Shown: positions 48,626-57,344 of the stretch, one piece after another
Numbering within the stretch: the stretch's first letter is position 1
Layout: every line of letters starts with the position of its first letter
From: Oscillospiraceae bacterium
Lineage (GTDB): Bacteria > Bacillota > Clostridia > Oscillospirales > CAG-272
DNA: 64,000 nt
Reading direction: 5' to 3'
Assembly: GCA_015064085.1 (NCBI GenBank)
Contig: SVSX01000002.1
Coordinates: 9,282-73,281, forward strand
Translations under genes and position numbers: made by a program
The notes under the pieces: generated by a model
Told to the model about the DNA's origin: nothing
Database searches by the model: none
The model's input: the letters and a program-made list of their open reading frames with translations, nothing else

Positions 48626-49033
48626 ATGACACGCAGAGAAGCAAGAGAAAGAGTTTTTGAGCTTTTGTTTGAAAGTGAATTCAGAGCTGACGAAACGGCA
48701 ATAGAGATCTTCGGCACGTCGACCGAGAACAGAGAGGTGGCTGAGGACGACTACGTTAAACGCGCTTACTTCACTATTATGGAGAAAAAGGACGAGATCG
48801 ACGCCCTTATAGGTGAGCATTCCAACGGCTGGAAGACCAGCAGACTGACAAACGTATCCCGTTCGGTGCTGAGACTCTGTGTTTATGAGATGCTCTATGA
48901 GGACAAGATACCTCACAACGTTTCGATAAACGAGGCGGTGGAGCTCGCAAAGACCTATGACGAGGAAAAGGCTCGTGTCTTTATCAACGGAGTTCTCCAT
49001 TCCATAAAAAGCTCACTCCCCGCAAGAGACTGA
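48626..49033 (+). CDS. nusB: Transcription antitermination factor NusB
   Basis: MTRREARE, VSINEAVELAK, FINGVL. Confidence 0.96.
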   Translation: MTRREARERVFELLFESEFRADETAIEIFGTSTENREVAEDDYVKRAYFTIMEKKDEIDALIGEHSNGWKTSRLTNVSRSVLRLCVYEMLYEDKIPHNVSINEAVELAKTYDEEKARVFINGVLHSIKSSLPARD

Positions 49034-49035
49034 CT

Positions 49036-49992
49036 ATGAAAAAATATTACGTGGGGTTTGATACCAGCAATTATACCACCTCGGTCGCCGTCGCGGACTC
49101 TGAGGGACGGATAGTTGCCAATCTCAAGCGCCCCTTGCCTGTAAAGTCGGGGGAGTGCGGACTTAGGCAGTCTGACGCCCTTTTTGCTCATATCAAAAAT
49201 CTTCCGTCGATCACCGACGAGCTCTCGGAGGTGATAAAGGGAGAGAGCGTGGCGGCTGTGGGAGTTTCCTCAAAGCCGAGAGACGCTGAGGGGTCTTATA
49301 TGCCCTGCTTTCTTGCGGGAGTCGCGGCGGCACATTCCTTCGCGGCGGCAGTTGGTGCGAGGGTCAGCTATCATTCCCACCAGAACGGACATATAATGGC
49401 GGCAGCCTATTCCTCGGGGAGAGCTGAATACCTCCTCGGAGGCAGATTTATGGCGCTCCACGTTTCGGGCGGAACAACAGAGGCGCTTCTCGTGACCCCT
49501 CGCGGGGCTTCCTTTGAGGTCGAGCTCGTCGGAGGAACTCGCGACCTTAACGCGGGTCAGATAATCGACAGAGTAGGGGTCTCTCTCGGACTTTCATTCC
49601 CCTGCGGAAAGGCTCTTGAGGAGCTGGCTCTTTCCTATTCGGGAGGGCATAGGAAGACGAGAATTACCGTCAGAGACGGCTTTTGCAATCTTTCGGGGCT
49701 TGAAAATATGGCAAAGGGACTTTACGAAAAGAATGGCGACAGCGCTGAGGTGGCGGCGTTCGTGTTCGATTTCATAAGAGACACTCTCATAGAGATATGC
49801 AGACAGACCGCCGAAAAATACGGCAGAGTGCCCGTGCTTTTCGGAGGCGGGGTTATGTCTAACCGATATATGAGAAAGGAGATAAGCTCGGAGCTCGAGG
49901 CTTATTTTTCCGAGCCGCAGTTCTCGGCCGATAACGCGGCCGGTATAGCTCTTCTTTGCAGAAGAGAGAGTCTTTTTTCTTCGGAGGTATAA
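49036..49992 (+). CDS. Kae1/TsaD-like ASKHA protein (non-canonical paralogue)
   Basis: GFDTSNYTTS, SHQNGH, HVSGGTTE, AGQIIDRVG..LGL.FP.G, GGVMSN, DNAAGIA. Confidence 0.85.
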   Translation: MKKYYVGFDTSNYTTSVAVADSEGRIVANLKRPLPVKSGECGLRQSDALFAHIKNLPSITDELSEVIKGESVAAVGVSSKPRDAEGSYMPCFLAGVAAAHSFAAAVGARVSYHSHQNGHIMAAAYSSGRAEYLLGGRFMALHVSGGTTEALLVTPRGASFEVELVGGTRDLNAGQIIDRVGVSLGLSFPCGKALEELALSYSGGHRKTRITVRDGFCNLSGLENMAKGLYEKNGDSAEVAAFVFDFIRDTLIEICRQTAEKYGRVPVLFGGGVMSNRYMRKEISSELEAYFSEPQFSADNAAGIALLCRRESLFSSEV

Positions 49993-49993
49993 G

Positions 49994-51235
49994 GTGATCG
50001 ATTTTAACGGCGCTGTAAGTGTAACGGCGCTGAATGGATATATAAAATCGCTTATGGAGCGTGACGAGTTTCTCGCTACCGTCTCGGTAATGGGCGAGAT
50101 ATCGAATTTTAAGCGCAATTCCTCGGGGCATCTTTATTTTTCTCTTAAGGACGAGGGGGCGACGGTCAGCGCGGTGATGTTCCGCGGCGCGGCGTCGAGA
50201 CTCGCTTTTCTTCCTTACGACGGAATGAAGGTCACGATCCACGGCAGAGTTTCGCTCTATGAAAAGAGCGGACAGTATCAGGTCTACGCCGAGACTATGA
50301 CTATGGACGGCGAGGGGGAGCTTGCGAGAGCCTATGAGCGCCTGAAGCGTAAGCTTGAGGCTGAAGGGCTTTTCGACCTCTCGAGGAAAAGACCGATACC
50401 GAGAATGCCGAAGCGCATAGGTATCGTTACGTCTCCCACGGGAGCGGCTATAAGAGATATGCTGACCGTGACGGGCAGAAGATATCCCCTTGCGGATATC
50501 CTCCTCTTTCCGTCGGCAGTGCAGGGGGCGGAAGCGCCTATGGAGCTCCTTGCGGGAATAGAGTATTTTGGCGCGATGAAGAACGTTGACGTTATAATCA
50601 TAGGACGCGGAGGAGGCTCTGTTGAGGACCTTTGGGCGTTCAATGACGAGAGGCTTGTCCGCGCTGTGGCGGCGTCAGAGATACCCGTCATATCGGCTGT
50701 GGGACACGAGGTGGATTTCACACTTTGCGACTTCGCGGCGGATAAAAGAGCGCCTACACCCTCGGCGGCGGCTGAGCTCGCCGTCCCCGACGTTGAGACG
50801 ATATTTAATTATCTCATTAGGACAGAGAGCCGACTCTTTGGAGCGGCTGATGCGAAGATACGCCGCGCAAAAGAGCGCCTTCGCTCCCTTGAGACAAGAG
50901 TGACGGCAACCTCACCCGCGGCAAGGCTTGAAAATTCAAGGCTGAGGGTGCAGAATTATGAAAAAAGGATTCTTACCGCGGCGGAAAAGACCTGCGCCCG
51001 ATCAAGGGCGGAGCTTTCATCCCTTGCGGCAAAGCTGACAGCCCTTAACCCTATGGCGGCAATTTCCCGCGGATACAGCGCCGTGGAAAACGGCAGCGGA
51101 GCTATAGTCTCCTCGGTGAGGTCACTCAGTGCGGGTGATGAGGTCGGCATTATAATGTCGGACGGAAGGGCGTATGCCACGGTAAGCAGAACAGAACCAA
51201 ATGACAGAAGGGTAGGTAATACCGATGGAAAATAA
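49994..51235 (+). CDS. xseA: Exodeoxyribonuclease VII large subunit
   Basis: GEISNF, SGHLYFSLKD, TSPTGAAIRD, RGGGS.EDLW.FNDE, GHE.D, TPSAAAE. Confidence 0.97.
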   Translation: MIDFNGAVSVTALNGYIKSLMERDEFLATVSVMGEISNFKRNSSGHLYFSLKDEGATVSAVMFRGAASRLAFLPYDGMKVTIHGRVSLYEKSGQYQVYAETMTMDGEGELARAYERLKRKLEAEGLFDLSRKRPIPRMPKRIGIVTSPTGAAIRDMLTVTGRRYPLADILLFPSAVQGAEAPMELLAGIEYFGAMKNVDVIIIGRGGGSVEDLWAFNDERLVRAVAASEIPVISAVGHEVDFTLCDFAADKRAPTPSAAAELAVPDVETIFNYLIRTESRLFGAADAKIRRAKERLRSLETRVTATSPAARLENSRLRVQNYEKRILTAAEKTCARSRAELSSLAAKLTALNPMAAISRGYSAVENGSGAIVSSVRSLSAGDEVGIIMSDGRAYATVSRTEPNDRRVGNTDGK

Positions 51236-51467
51236 ATTTAAGGACCTTAGCTTCGAGGAGGCAATAAGAAGGCTTGAGGCGATCGCCGCCGAGCTTGAGG
51301 TGGAGAACACCACGCTTGAAGCGTCACTGAAGCTTTACGAGGAGGGAATAGCTCTCGTAAGATATTGCAACGCCTCGCTTGAGGCGGCTGAGAGAAAGGT
51401 AAAGATCCTCTCGGTCAACCCCGACGGAGAGCTTTGCGAGTCGGATTTTTCGGGAGAAAACACCTAA
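51225..51467 (+). CDS. xseB: Exodeoxyribonuclease VII small subunit
   Basis: SFEEAI.RLE.I...LE...LE..LKLYEEG. Confidence 0.95.
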   Translation: MENKFKDLSFEEAIRRLEAIAAELEVENTTLEASLKLYEEGIALVRYCNASLEAAERKVKILSVNPDGELCESDFSGENT

Positions 51468-51483
51468 GGATAAGGAGATAACC

Positions 51484-52374
51484 GTGAATAAGGATATTAT
51501 AAAAAAGCTTAAGGAAGATGCCTCTCTTTGCGAGGCGGCTCTCGCGGAGTATTTCGCGAGTGAGGACGAGGATATAAAAAGCCTTCTTGACTCGGAAAAA
51601 TACTCGCTTTTTGCGGGTGGAAAGAGAATAAGACCATTTCTTGTGATAGAGTTCTGTAAGCTCTTCGGGGGAGACGTGAAGGCGGCGCTGCCCTTTGCGG
51701 CGGCTATTGAGATGATCCATACCTATTCGCTGATCCACGACGATCTGCCTTGTATGGACGATGACGATCTCAGACGCGGAAGACCCACAAATCACAAGGT
51801 CTTCGGATATTCAACGGCGCTTCTCGCGGGAGACGCGCTTCTCACCCACGCCTTCGGGGTCGCGGCGTCGAACGAATACGTAAGCGCCGAGGTGGCGCTC
51901 GAGGCTGTTGCCACCCTTTCCGAGGCGGCAGGCGAGTTTGGAATGGTGGGCGGTCAGGTCATCGACCTTGAGGGAGAGACACGCAGACTCTCACTTGAGA
52001 CCCTTCTGAAGCTTCACTCGCTGAAGACAGGCGCGCTTATAAAGGCGTCGGCTGTAATGGGAGCTCTCGCGGCGGGCTGCAAAAAGGACTCTCCCGAAAT
52101 GGCGGCAACTATAGAGTATGCCGCGGGTATAGGGCTCGCTTTTCAGGTCATCGACGATATTCTCGACGTTACCGCTACCGAGGAGACTCTCGGAAAGTCG
52201 GTGGGCTCTGACGGCGAGAGAAATAAGACCACATTTATGACCTACTATACAGTAGACGAGGCAAGAGCCTATGCCGCAGAGCTTACGGCAAACGCCGTTT
52301 CCGAGATAGCAGACTATGAGGGATCGGAGACATTGACCGATTTTGCGGCGTTCCTTCTGGAACGTGATTATTGA
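51484..52374 (+). CDS. ispA: Polyprenyl (farnesyl-PP) synthase
   Basis: GGKRIRP, HDDLPCMDDDDLRRG, GQ, KT, FQVIDDILD. Confidence 0.93.
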   Translation: MNKDIIKKLKEDASLCEAALAEYFASEDEDIKSLLDSEKYSLFAGGKRIRPFLVIEFCKLFGGDVKAALPFAAAIEMIHTYSLIHDDLPCMDDDDLRRGRPTNHKVFGYSTALLAGDALLTHAFGVAASNEYVSAEVALEAVATLSEAAGEFGMVGGQVIDLEGETRRLSLETLLKLHSLKTGALIKASAVMGALAAGCKKDSPEMAATIEYAAGIGLAFQVIDDILDVTATEETLGKSVGSDGERNKTTFMTYYTVDEARAYAAELTANAVSEIADYEGSETLTDFAAFLLERDY

Positions 52375-52391
52375 CCTTATGGAGGGTTGCT

Positions 52392-52853
52392 TTGAAGATA
52401 GTAAAGGATATATTCGGTAATTACCTTATCGTAGCACCGGCGGTGGCGTGGCTTGCGGCACAGATAATCAAGGTGTTTACGGGAATGTTTGACAAAAGAA
52501 AATTCAGCCTGAGAACCCTTCTTTTCTCGAACGGCGGAATGCCGAGCTCACACTCGGCGGCTGTCTGCGCCCTTGCGACGGGCTGTGTGATAAAATTCGG
52601 ATTTTCCTCATTTGAGTGCGCGATGAGCGGAATTTTCGCAATGATCGTTATGATCGACGCCTCGGGGGTAAGATACGAAACGGGTGAACAGGCAAAGGTG
52701 ATAAACAAGATCGCAAGAGAGATCTTCTCGGGTAGACCCGAGGATATTAATACAGGACTCAAGGAGCTGGTTGGACATACCCCGTTTCAGGTGCTTATGG
52801 GAGCGGCATTGGGTATTCTTATCGGTATTCTGATGTCCTTTGCTATGCTTTGA
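52392..52853 (+). CDS. Divergent PAP2 (DUF212) family protein
   Basis: GGMPSSHSA, DASGVR, LKELVGHTP; TTG start after GGAGG. Confidence 0.9.
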   Translation: MKIVKDIFGNYLIVAPAVAWLAAQIIKVFTGMFDKRKFSLRTLLFSNGGMPSSHSAAVCALATGCVIKFGFSSFECAMSGIFAMIVMIDASGVRYETGEQAKVINKIAREIFSGRPEDINTGLKELVGHTPFQVLMGAALGILIGILMSFAML

Positions 52854-52860
52854 GGATTAT

Positions 52861-53652
52861 ATGAGAATAGATGTGTATCTTGCGGCGTACGGACATACGA
52901 GAAGCCGCAAAAAAGCTCAGGATCTTATTGACGCGGGAGCGGTCTTTGTCGACGGCTCGGAGGTGAAAAAAGCCTCGGAGCAGATAAACGAGTCGATCGA
53001 GCACGAGATAAGGATAGAGCAGGTATTTAAATACGTCAGTCGCGGAGGAATGAAGCTCGAGGCGGCGCTGAACGCCTTTTCGCTGAACGTCAGCGGAAAG
53101 CGCGCCGTTGACGTGGGAGCGTCCACGGGTGGCTTTTGCGACTGTCTGCTCCAAAGAGGAGCGGTGAAGGTCTACGCTGTGGACGCAGGCTACGGTCAGC
53201 TCCACGAAAGCCTTGCTGCCGACCCGAGAGTGGTGAATATCGAGCATTTCAATGCCCGTGAGCTTTCACCCGAAATAATAGGGGAGCTCTGCGACGTGGC
53301 TACGGCGGACGTCTCCTTTATCTCCCAGACCTATATAATCCCCGCCGTTGCCTCGGTGCTTCGTGACGGGGGAAGCTTCGTCAGCCTGATAAAGCCTCAG
53401 TTTGAGGCGGGCAAAGCGGGAGTGGGCAAAAACGGTATCGTTGTCAGCGCGGCATATAGGTATCTTGCCGTAAAGCGAGTTATTGAGTGCGCTCACGAAA
53501 ACGGATTTGACTGCGCGGGGCTTATAACCTCTCCCATAACGGGGGGCGACGGAAATATCGAATATCTCGCTCACTTTGTGAAGCGGAGCTGTGCCGTGCC
53601 GAGAATAACAGATAAAATGATACTCGCGATCACAAAAAATAAAAAGCTGTGA
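52861..53652 (+). CDS. tlyA: TlyA-family RNA methyltransferase
   Basis: S4 domain, YVSRGGMKL, DVGASTGGF, DVSFIS, LIKPQFE, SPITGGDGNIEY. Confidence 0.95.
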   Translation: MRIDVYLAAYGHTRSRKKAQDLIDAGAVFVDGSEVKKASEQINESIEHEIRIEQVFKYVSRGGMKLEAALNAFSLNVSGKRAVDVGASTGGFCDCLLQRGAVKVYAVDAGYGQLHESLAADPRVVNIEHFNARELSPEIIGELCDVATADVSFISQTYIIPAVASVLRDGGSFVSLIKPQFEAGKAGVGKNGIVVSAAYRYLAVKRVIECAHENGFDCAGLITSPITGGDGNIEYLAHFVKRSCAVPRITDKMILAITKNKKL

Positions 53653-53658
53653 GGCAAT

Positions 53659-54528
53659 ATGAAAAAGACTGTACTTATAACTAATTTCAACATAAAAGAA
53701 AAGGCAGACGCCGCCTTCCTTGTGGCGGACAGACTTGCCCCCTTTTGCTCGGAGATCAGGATATCCTCCAATTTTAAGGATAAGATATTCCGCTCTCATA
53801 AGCACAGAAGGGAATTTACATACAAAAACGCCGACGAGCTCTACGAGGGAGCGGACCTGCTTGTGGTCCTCGGCGGAGACGGCTCTATGCTCGAGGCGGC
53901 AAGACGCGCCGCTCCGAGAGATATCCCGATCCTCGGAATAAACCTCGGAAGAGTTGGATATATGACAGAGCTCGAGCTTGATGAGCTCGACCTTATTGAG
54001 AAGGTGTTTAATGGCGAATATACTATCGACGAAAGAGCAATGCTCAGGGTTGAGGTGATAAGCCGCGAGGGAAGCGTTAAGAGCGAGTCCTATGCCCTTA
54101 ACGAGGCAGTGGTTGCGAACGGCACGACCGCAAGGATAATCGACCTCAAGCTTTCGGACAACGGAGTCCACGTTTCGGATTTTCGCGCCGACGGACTTGT
54201 GGTGGCGACCCCCACGGGCTCGACCGCATATTCGCTTTCGGCGGGCGGACCTATCATCGACCCGAAGCTCTCCTGCTTCTGTGTGACACCTATCTGTCCT
54301 CACTCGCTCCTTGCCAGACCCCTTGTTTTCCCCGACACCGCGCATCTTGAAATACAGAATACCTGCGTCAGGGAAAAGGTGCTCCACCTGACTCTCGACG
54401 GCAGAGTCACATACGACCTCTATTACGGCGATATGGCTGTCGTAACAAGATCCAAGCTTACCACAAAGCTTATCAGAGTAAAGGAAAGAAGCTTTTACTC
54501 CAAGATAAGAACCAAGAAATTTCTTTGA
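53659..54528 (+). CDS. nadK: NAD kinase
   Basis: GGDGS, GINLGRVGY, LNE, ATPTGSTAYSLSAGGP. Confidence 0.96.
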   Translation: MKKTVLITNFNIKEKADAAFLVADRLAPFCSEIRISSNFKDKIFRSHKHRREFTYKNADELYEGADLLVVLGGDGSMLEAARRAAPRDIPILGINLGRVGYMTELELDELDLIEKVFNGEYTIDERAMLRVEVISREGSVKSESYALNEAVVANGTTARIIDLKLSDNGVHVSDFRADGLVVATPTGSTAYSLSAGGPIIDPKLSCFCVTPICPHSLLARPLVFPDTAHLEIQNTCVREKVLHLTLDGRVTYDLYYGDMAVVTRSKLTTKLIRVKERSFYSKIRTKKFL

Positions 54529-54542
54529 TCGAAGGGATAGAT

Positions 54543-54998
54543 ATGAAAAACGAGAGACAGGAAAAGATCCTTGAGCTTATAACTAAATTTGAGATAGAGA
54601 CTCAGGACGAAATGATAAATATGCTCCGCGCCGACGGATATAACGTGACTCAGGCAACCATATCGAGAGATATGAGAGATCTTAAGCTGACAAAGATGCT
54701 TACCTCAAGGGGAACTTATAAGTATACGGTAAACCACGCCCGTTCCCATATGAACAACGTAAAGTTCAACAATGCCGTTGTGGACTCGATACTCAGTGTT
54801 GATTACGCCTGTAACAATATCGTGCTCAAGACCTACCCCGGACTTGCCCAGGCGGTAGGCTCTGGGGTCGACGCGCTGAATATTCAGGAGATCCTCGGCT
54901 GTGTCGGCGGTGACGATACGATCATCGTCGTTACAAGAGACGCCGAATCGGCAAAGGAAATAAGCGAAAAAATAAAAGAGCTGATGAAGACCTTCTGA
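54543..54998 (+). CDS. argR: Arginine repressor
   Basis: IETQDE, VTQATISRD, KTYPGLA, GGDDTI. Confidence 0.96.
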   Translation: MKNERQEKILELITKFEIETQDEMINMLRADGYNVTQATISRDMRDLKLTKMLTSRGTYKYTVNHARSHMNNVKFNNAVVDSILSVDYACNNIVLKTYPGLAQAVGSGVDALNIQEILGCVGGDDTIIVVTRDAESAKEISEKIKELMKTF

Positions 54999-55017
54999 GA
55001 GGGTCAGAGGAGAGGAA

Positions 55018-56694
55018 ATGATCTTTTCACTTCACATTGAAAATATCGCGGTCATAAAAAGTCTTGATATCGATTTCGGCGGTGGCTTCACCGTCCTCTC
55101 GGGCGAGACGGGCGCGGGAAAATCAATAATAATCGACTCTCTCGGTCTGCTTTCGGGTGCGAGAGCCGACAAGGAGCTTATCCGAAGGGGAGAGAGCTAC
55201 TGCGAGGTGTCGGCGCTTTTCTCGGATATCAACAGAGGCGCGAGGGAGCTTATAGCCGACCTCGGCTTTTCCCTTGAGGACGATACGCTGATGCTTTCGA
55301 GAAGAGTCAGCCGCGAGGGTGGCTCGGGGGCGAGACTCAACGGAAGGGCAATCCCCCTCTCGGTGCTGAAGGAGCTCAGCTCGGCACTTTTCAATATCCA
55401 CGGTCAGAGCGATAACCACCGCCTTCTCGATAAGGCAAATCACCTGTCGCTGCTCGACAGATTCGCGGGTATCTGCGACGAGGTTGCGGTCTACGAAAAG
55501 AAATATAAAGAGATATTACTGGTCCGTGCCGAAATAGATTCCTTTAACAGGGATATTAGGGAGAATAACCGCCTTCGTGAGATGCTGAGGTATCAGATCG
55601 ACGATATAAACGCCCTGAAGCTGAAGGCAGGGGAGGAGGAAGCACTCACTGCCGAGTCCAAAAGACTTCAGAGCCTTGAGAGGATAAAAAAGAGCTGTAT
55701 GCTCGCCGACAGAGCCCTCTCGGGAGGAGAGAAGGGTGCGGGAGCAGTATATCTTGTGGACAGAGCTGCCGCGGCGCTCTCTCAGCTCACCGACGCTATC
55801 CCCGAGGCAGAGGCGCTCTCGGAGAAGCTTTTTGATATAAAATATGAGCTTGAGGATATATCGTCCTCGGCGCTTTCGCTCCTTGACGGCTGTGACGAAG
55901 ATCCCACCGCGAGGATCGACAAGATAGAGGGAAGGCTTGACGCTATCTCGAAGCTCAAAAGAAAATACGGCTCTACGGTGGAGGAGATAATAGCCTATCG
56001 TGACAACGCCGAGAAGCGGCTTGAAACGATAGAAAACTCCGACGAGATAAAAGAGGAGCTTGAAAAGCGACTCGAAAAGCTTTCGAATGAGGCAAGGAGA
56101 CTCGCCGCGGCTATATCGGATAAGAGACGCTCGGCGGCGGATGACCTTATAGCGAAGGTCACCGAGACCCTTGAGTTCCTCGATATGCCGAAGGTCCGCT
56201 TTGGCATAAGCCTTGAGCCCACGGCTGACTTTACCCCCACGGGACTTGACAGCGCCGAATTTCTTATTTCGGCAAACGCGGGTGAGGAAATGATGCCGAT
56301 GATAAAGATCGCCTCGGGCGGAGAGCTTGCGAGAATAATGCTCTCGCTCAAGAGTGTGCTCAACGAGTGCGACGGCATAGACACCGCTATCTTCGATGAG
56401 ATAGATACGGGTATTTCGGGCAAGACCTCGAGAAAGGTCGGTATCAAGCTCCGCCGTATTGCGGAGGGTACACAGGTACTCTGCGTTACCCATTCGGCAC
56501 AGATCGCCTCTCTCGCGAACGAGCATCTTTTTATCTCAAAATCCGAGGTGGAGGGCAGAGTGCAGACGGCTGTGAGACGGCTTGACGATGAGGGCAGAGT
56601 CGAGGAGATAGCAAGAATTCTCGGCGGAATTGAGATCAGTGACCTTCAGCGGAGCGCCGCAAGGGAAATGATCGAGGAAGGAAAGAAGCTTTGA
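55018..56694 (+). CDS. recN: DNA repair protein RecN
   Basis: GETGAGKS, IHGQ, ASGGELAR, FDEIDTGISG, VTHSAQIA. Confidence 0.97.
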   Translation: MIFSLHIENIAVIKSLDIDFGGGFTVLSGETGAGKSIIIDSLGLLSGARADKELIRRGESYCEVSALFSDINRGARELIADLGFSLEDDTLMLSRRVSREGGSGARLNGRAIPLSVLKELSSALFNIHGQSDNHRLLDKANHLSLLDRFAGICDEVAVYEKKYKEILLVRAEIDSFNRDIRENNRLREMLRYQIDDINALKLKAGEEEALTAESKRLQSLERIKKSCMLADRALSGGEKGAGAVYLVDRAAAALSQLTDAIPEAEALSEKLFDIKYELEDISSSALSLLDGCDEDPTARIDKIEGRLDAISKLKRKYGSTVEEIIAYRDNAEKRLETIENSDEIKEELEKRLEKLSNEARRLAAAISDKRRSAADDLIAKVTETLEFLDMPKVRFGISLEPTADFTPTGLDSAEFLISANAGEEMMPMIKIASGGELARIMLSLKSVLNECDGIDTAIFDEIDTGISGKTSRKVGIKLRRIAEGTQVLCVTHSAQIASLANEHLFISKSEVEGRVQTAVRRLDDEGRVEEIARILGGIEISDLQRSAAREMIEEGKKL

Positions 56695-56695
56695 T

Positions 56696-57163
56696 ATGAA
56701 TAAGACCAACGCAATGCGCCGCCTTGACGCGGCAAAGATAAAATATGAGGTCTGTGAGTACGAGGTGGACGAAAACGATCTCAGCGGCGTACATATTGCC
56801 GACAGCATCGGTCTGCCCTATGAGATCACCTTCAAGACTATCGTTCTTCACGGCGACAAAAGCGGATATCTTGTCTGCTGTATCCCTTGCCATAAGGAGA
56901 TCGATCTGAAAAAGACGGCGGCACTGACGGGAAACAAGAAGATAGAGCCCGTTCACGTCAAGGATCTGCTCGGACTTACGGGCTATATAAGAGGCGGCTG
57001 TTCGCCTATAGGACTCAAAAAGCCCTTTCCCACATACTTTGATAAGTCGGCTGAGGAACACGAGCGCATCACCGTTAGCTCGGGAACGAGAGGGGCGCAG
57101 CTCCTTGTGAACAGAGCCGAGCTAATAGTGTATCTTAAGGCAAATATTGCCGATATTACCTGA
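56696..57163 (+). CDS. ybaK: Cys-tRNA(Pro) deacylase YbaK
   Basis: KTNAMR.LD, FKTIV, TGYIRGGCSPIG. Confidence 0.93.
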   Translation: MNKTNAMRRLDAAKIKYEVCEYEVDENDLSGVHIADSIGLPYEITFKTIVLHGDKSGYLVCCIPCHKEIDLKKTAALTGNKKIEPVHVKDLLGLTGYIRGGCSPIGLKKPFPTYFDKSAEEHERITVSSGTRGAQLLVNRAELIVYLKANIADIT

Positions 57164-57344
57164 TTTTTGAGAGAGCCGTTATGAAAAGAATAATAAAGAT
57201 CCTAACGGTTTATCGAACAGAGCTTTAAGCTAAAAACCGAAAATGCGTGATCTTTTTAAGAAAATAAGTAAAATGTCTTGAAAAAAAGGTCTGCTTGTAG
57301 TATAATATATAGGTTAAGGTAAAATAAATTTTCAGGAGTCAAAA

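Noticed and set aside
53266-56526. Long antisense ORFs over nadK and recN
   Set aside because: Shadow frames opposite well-supported genes
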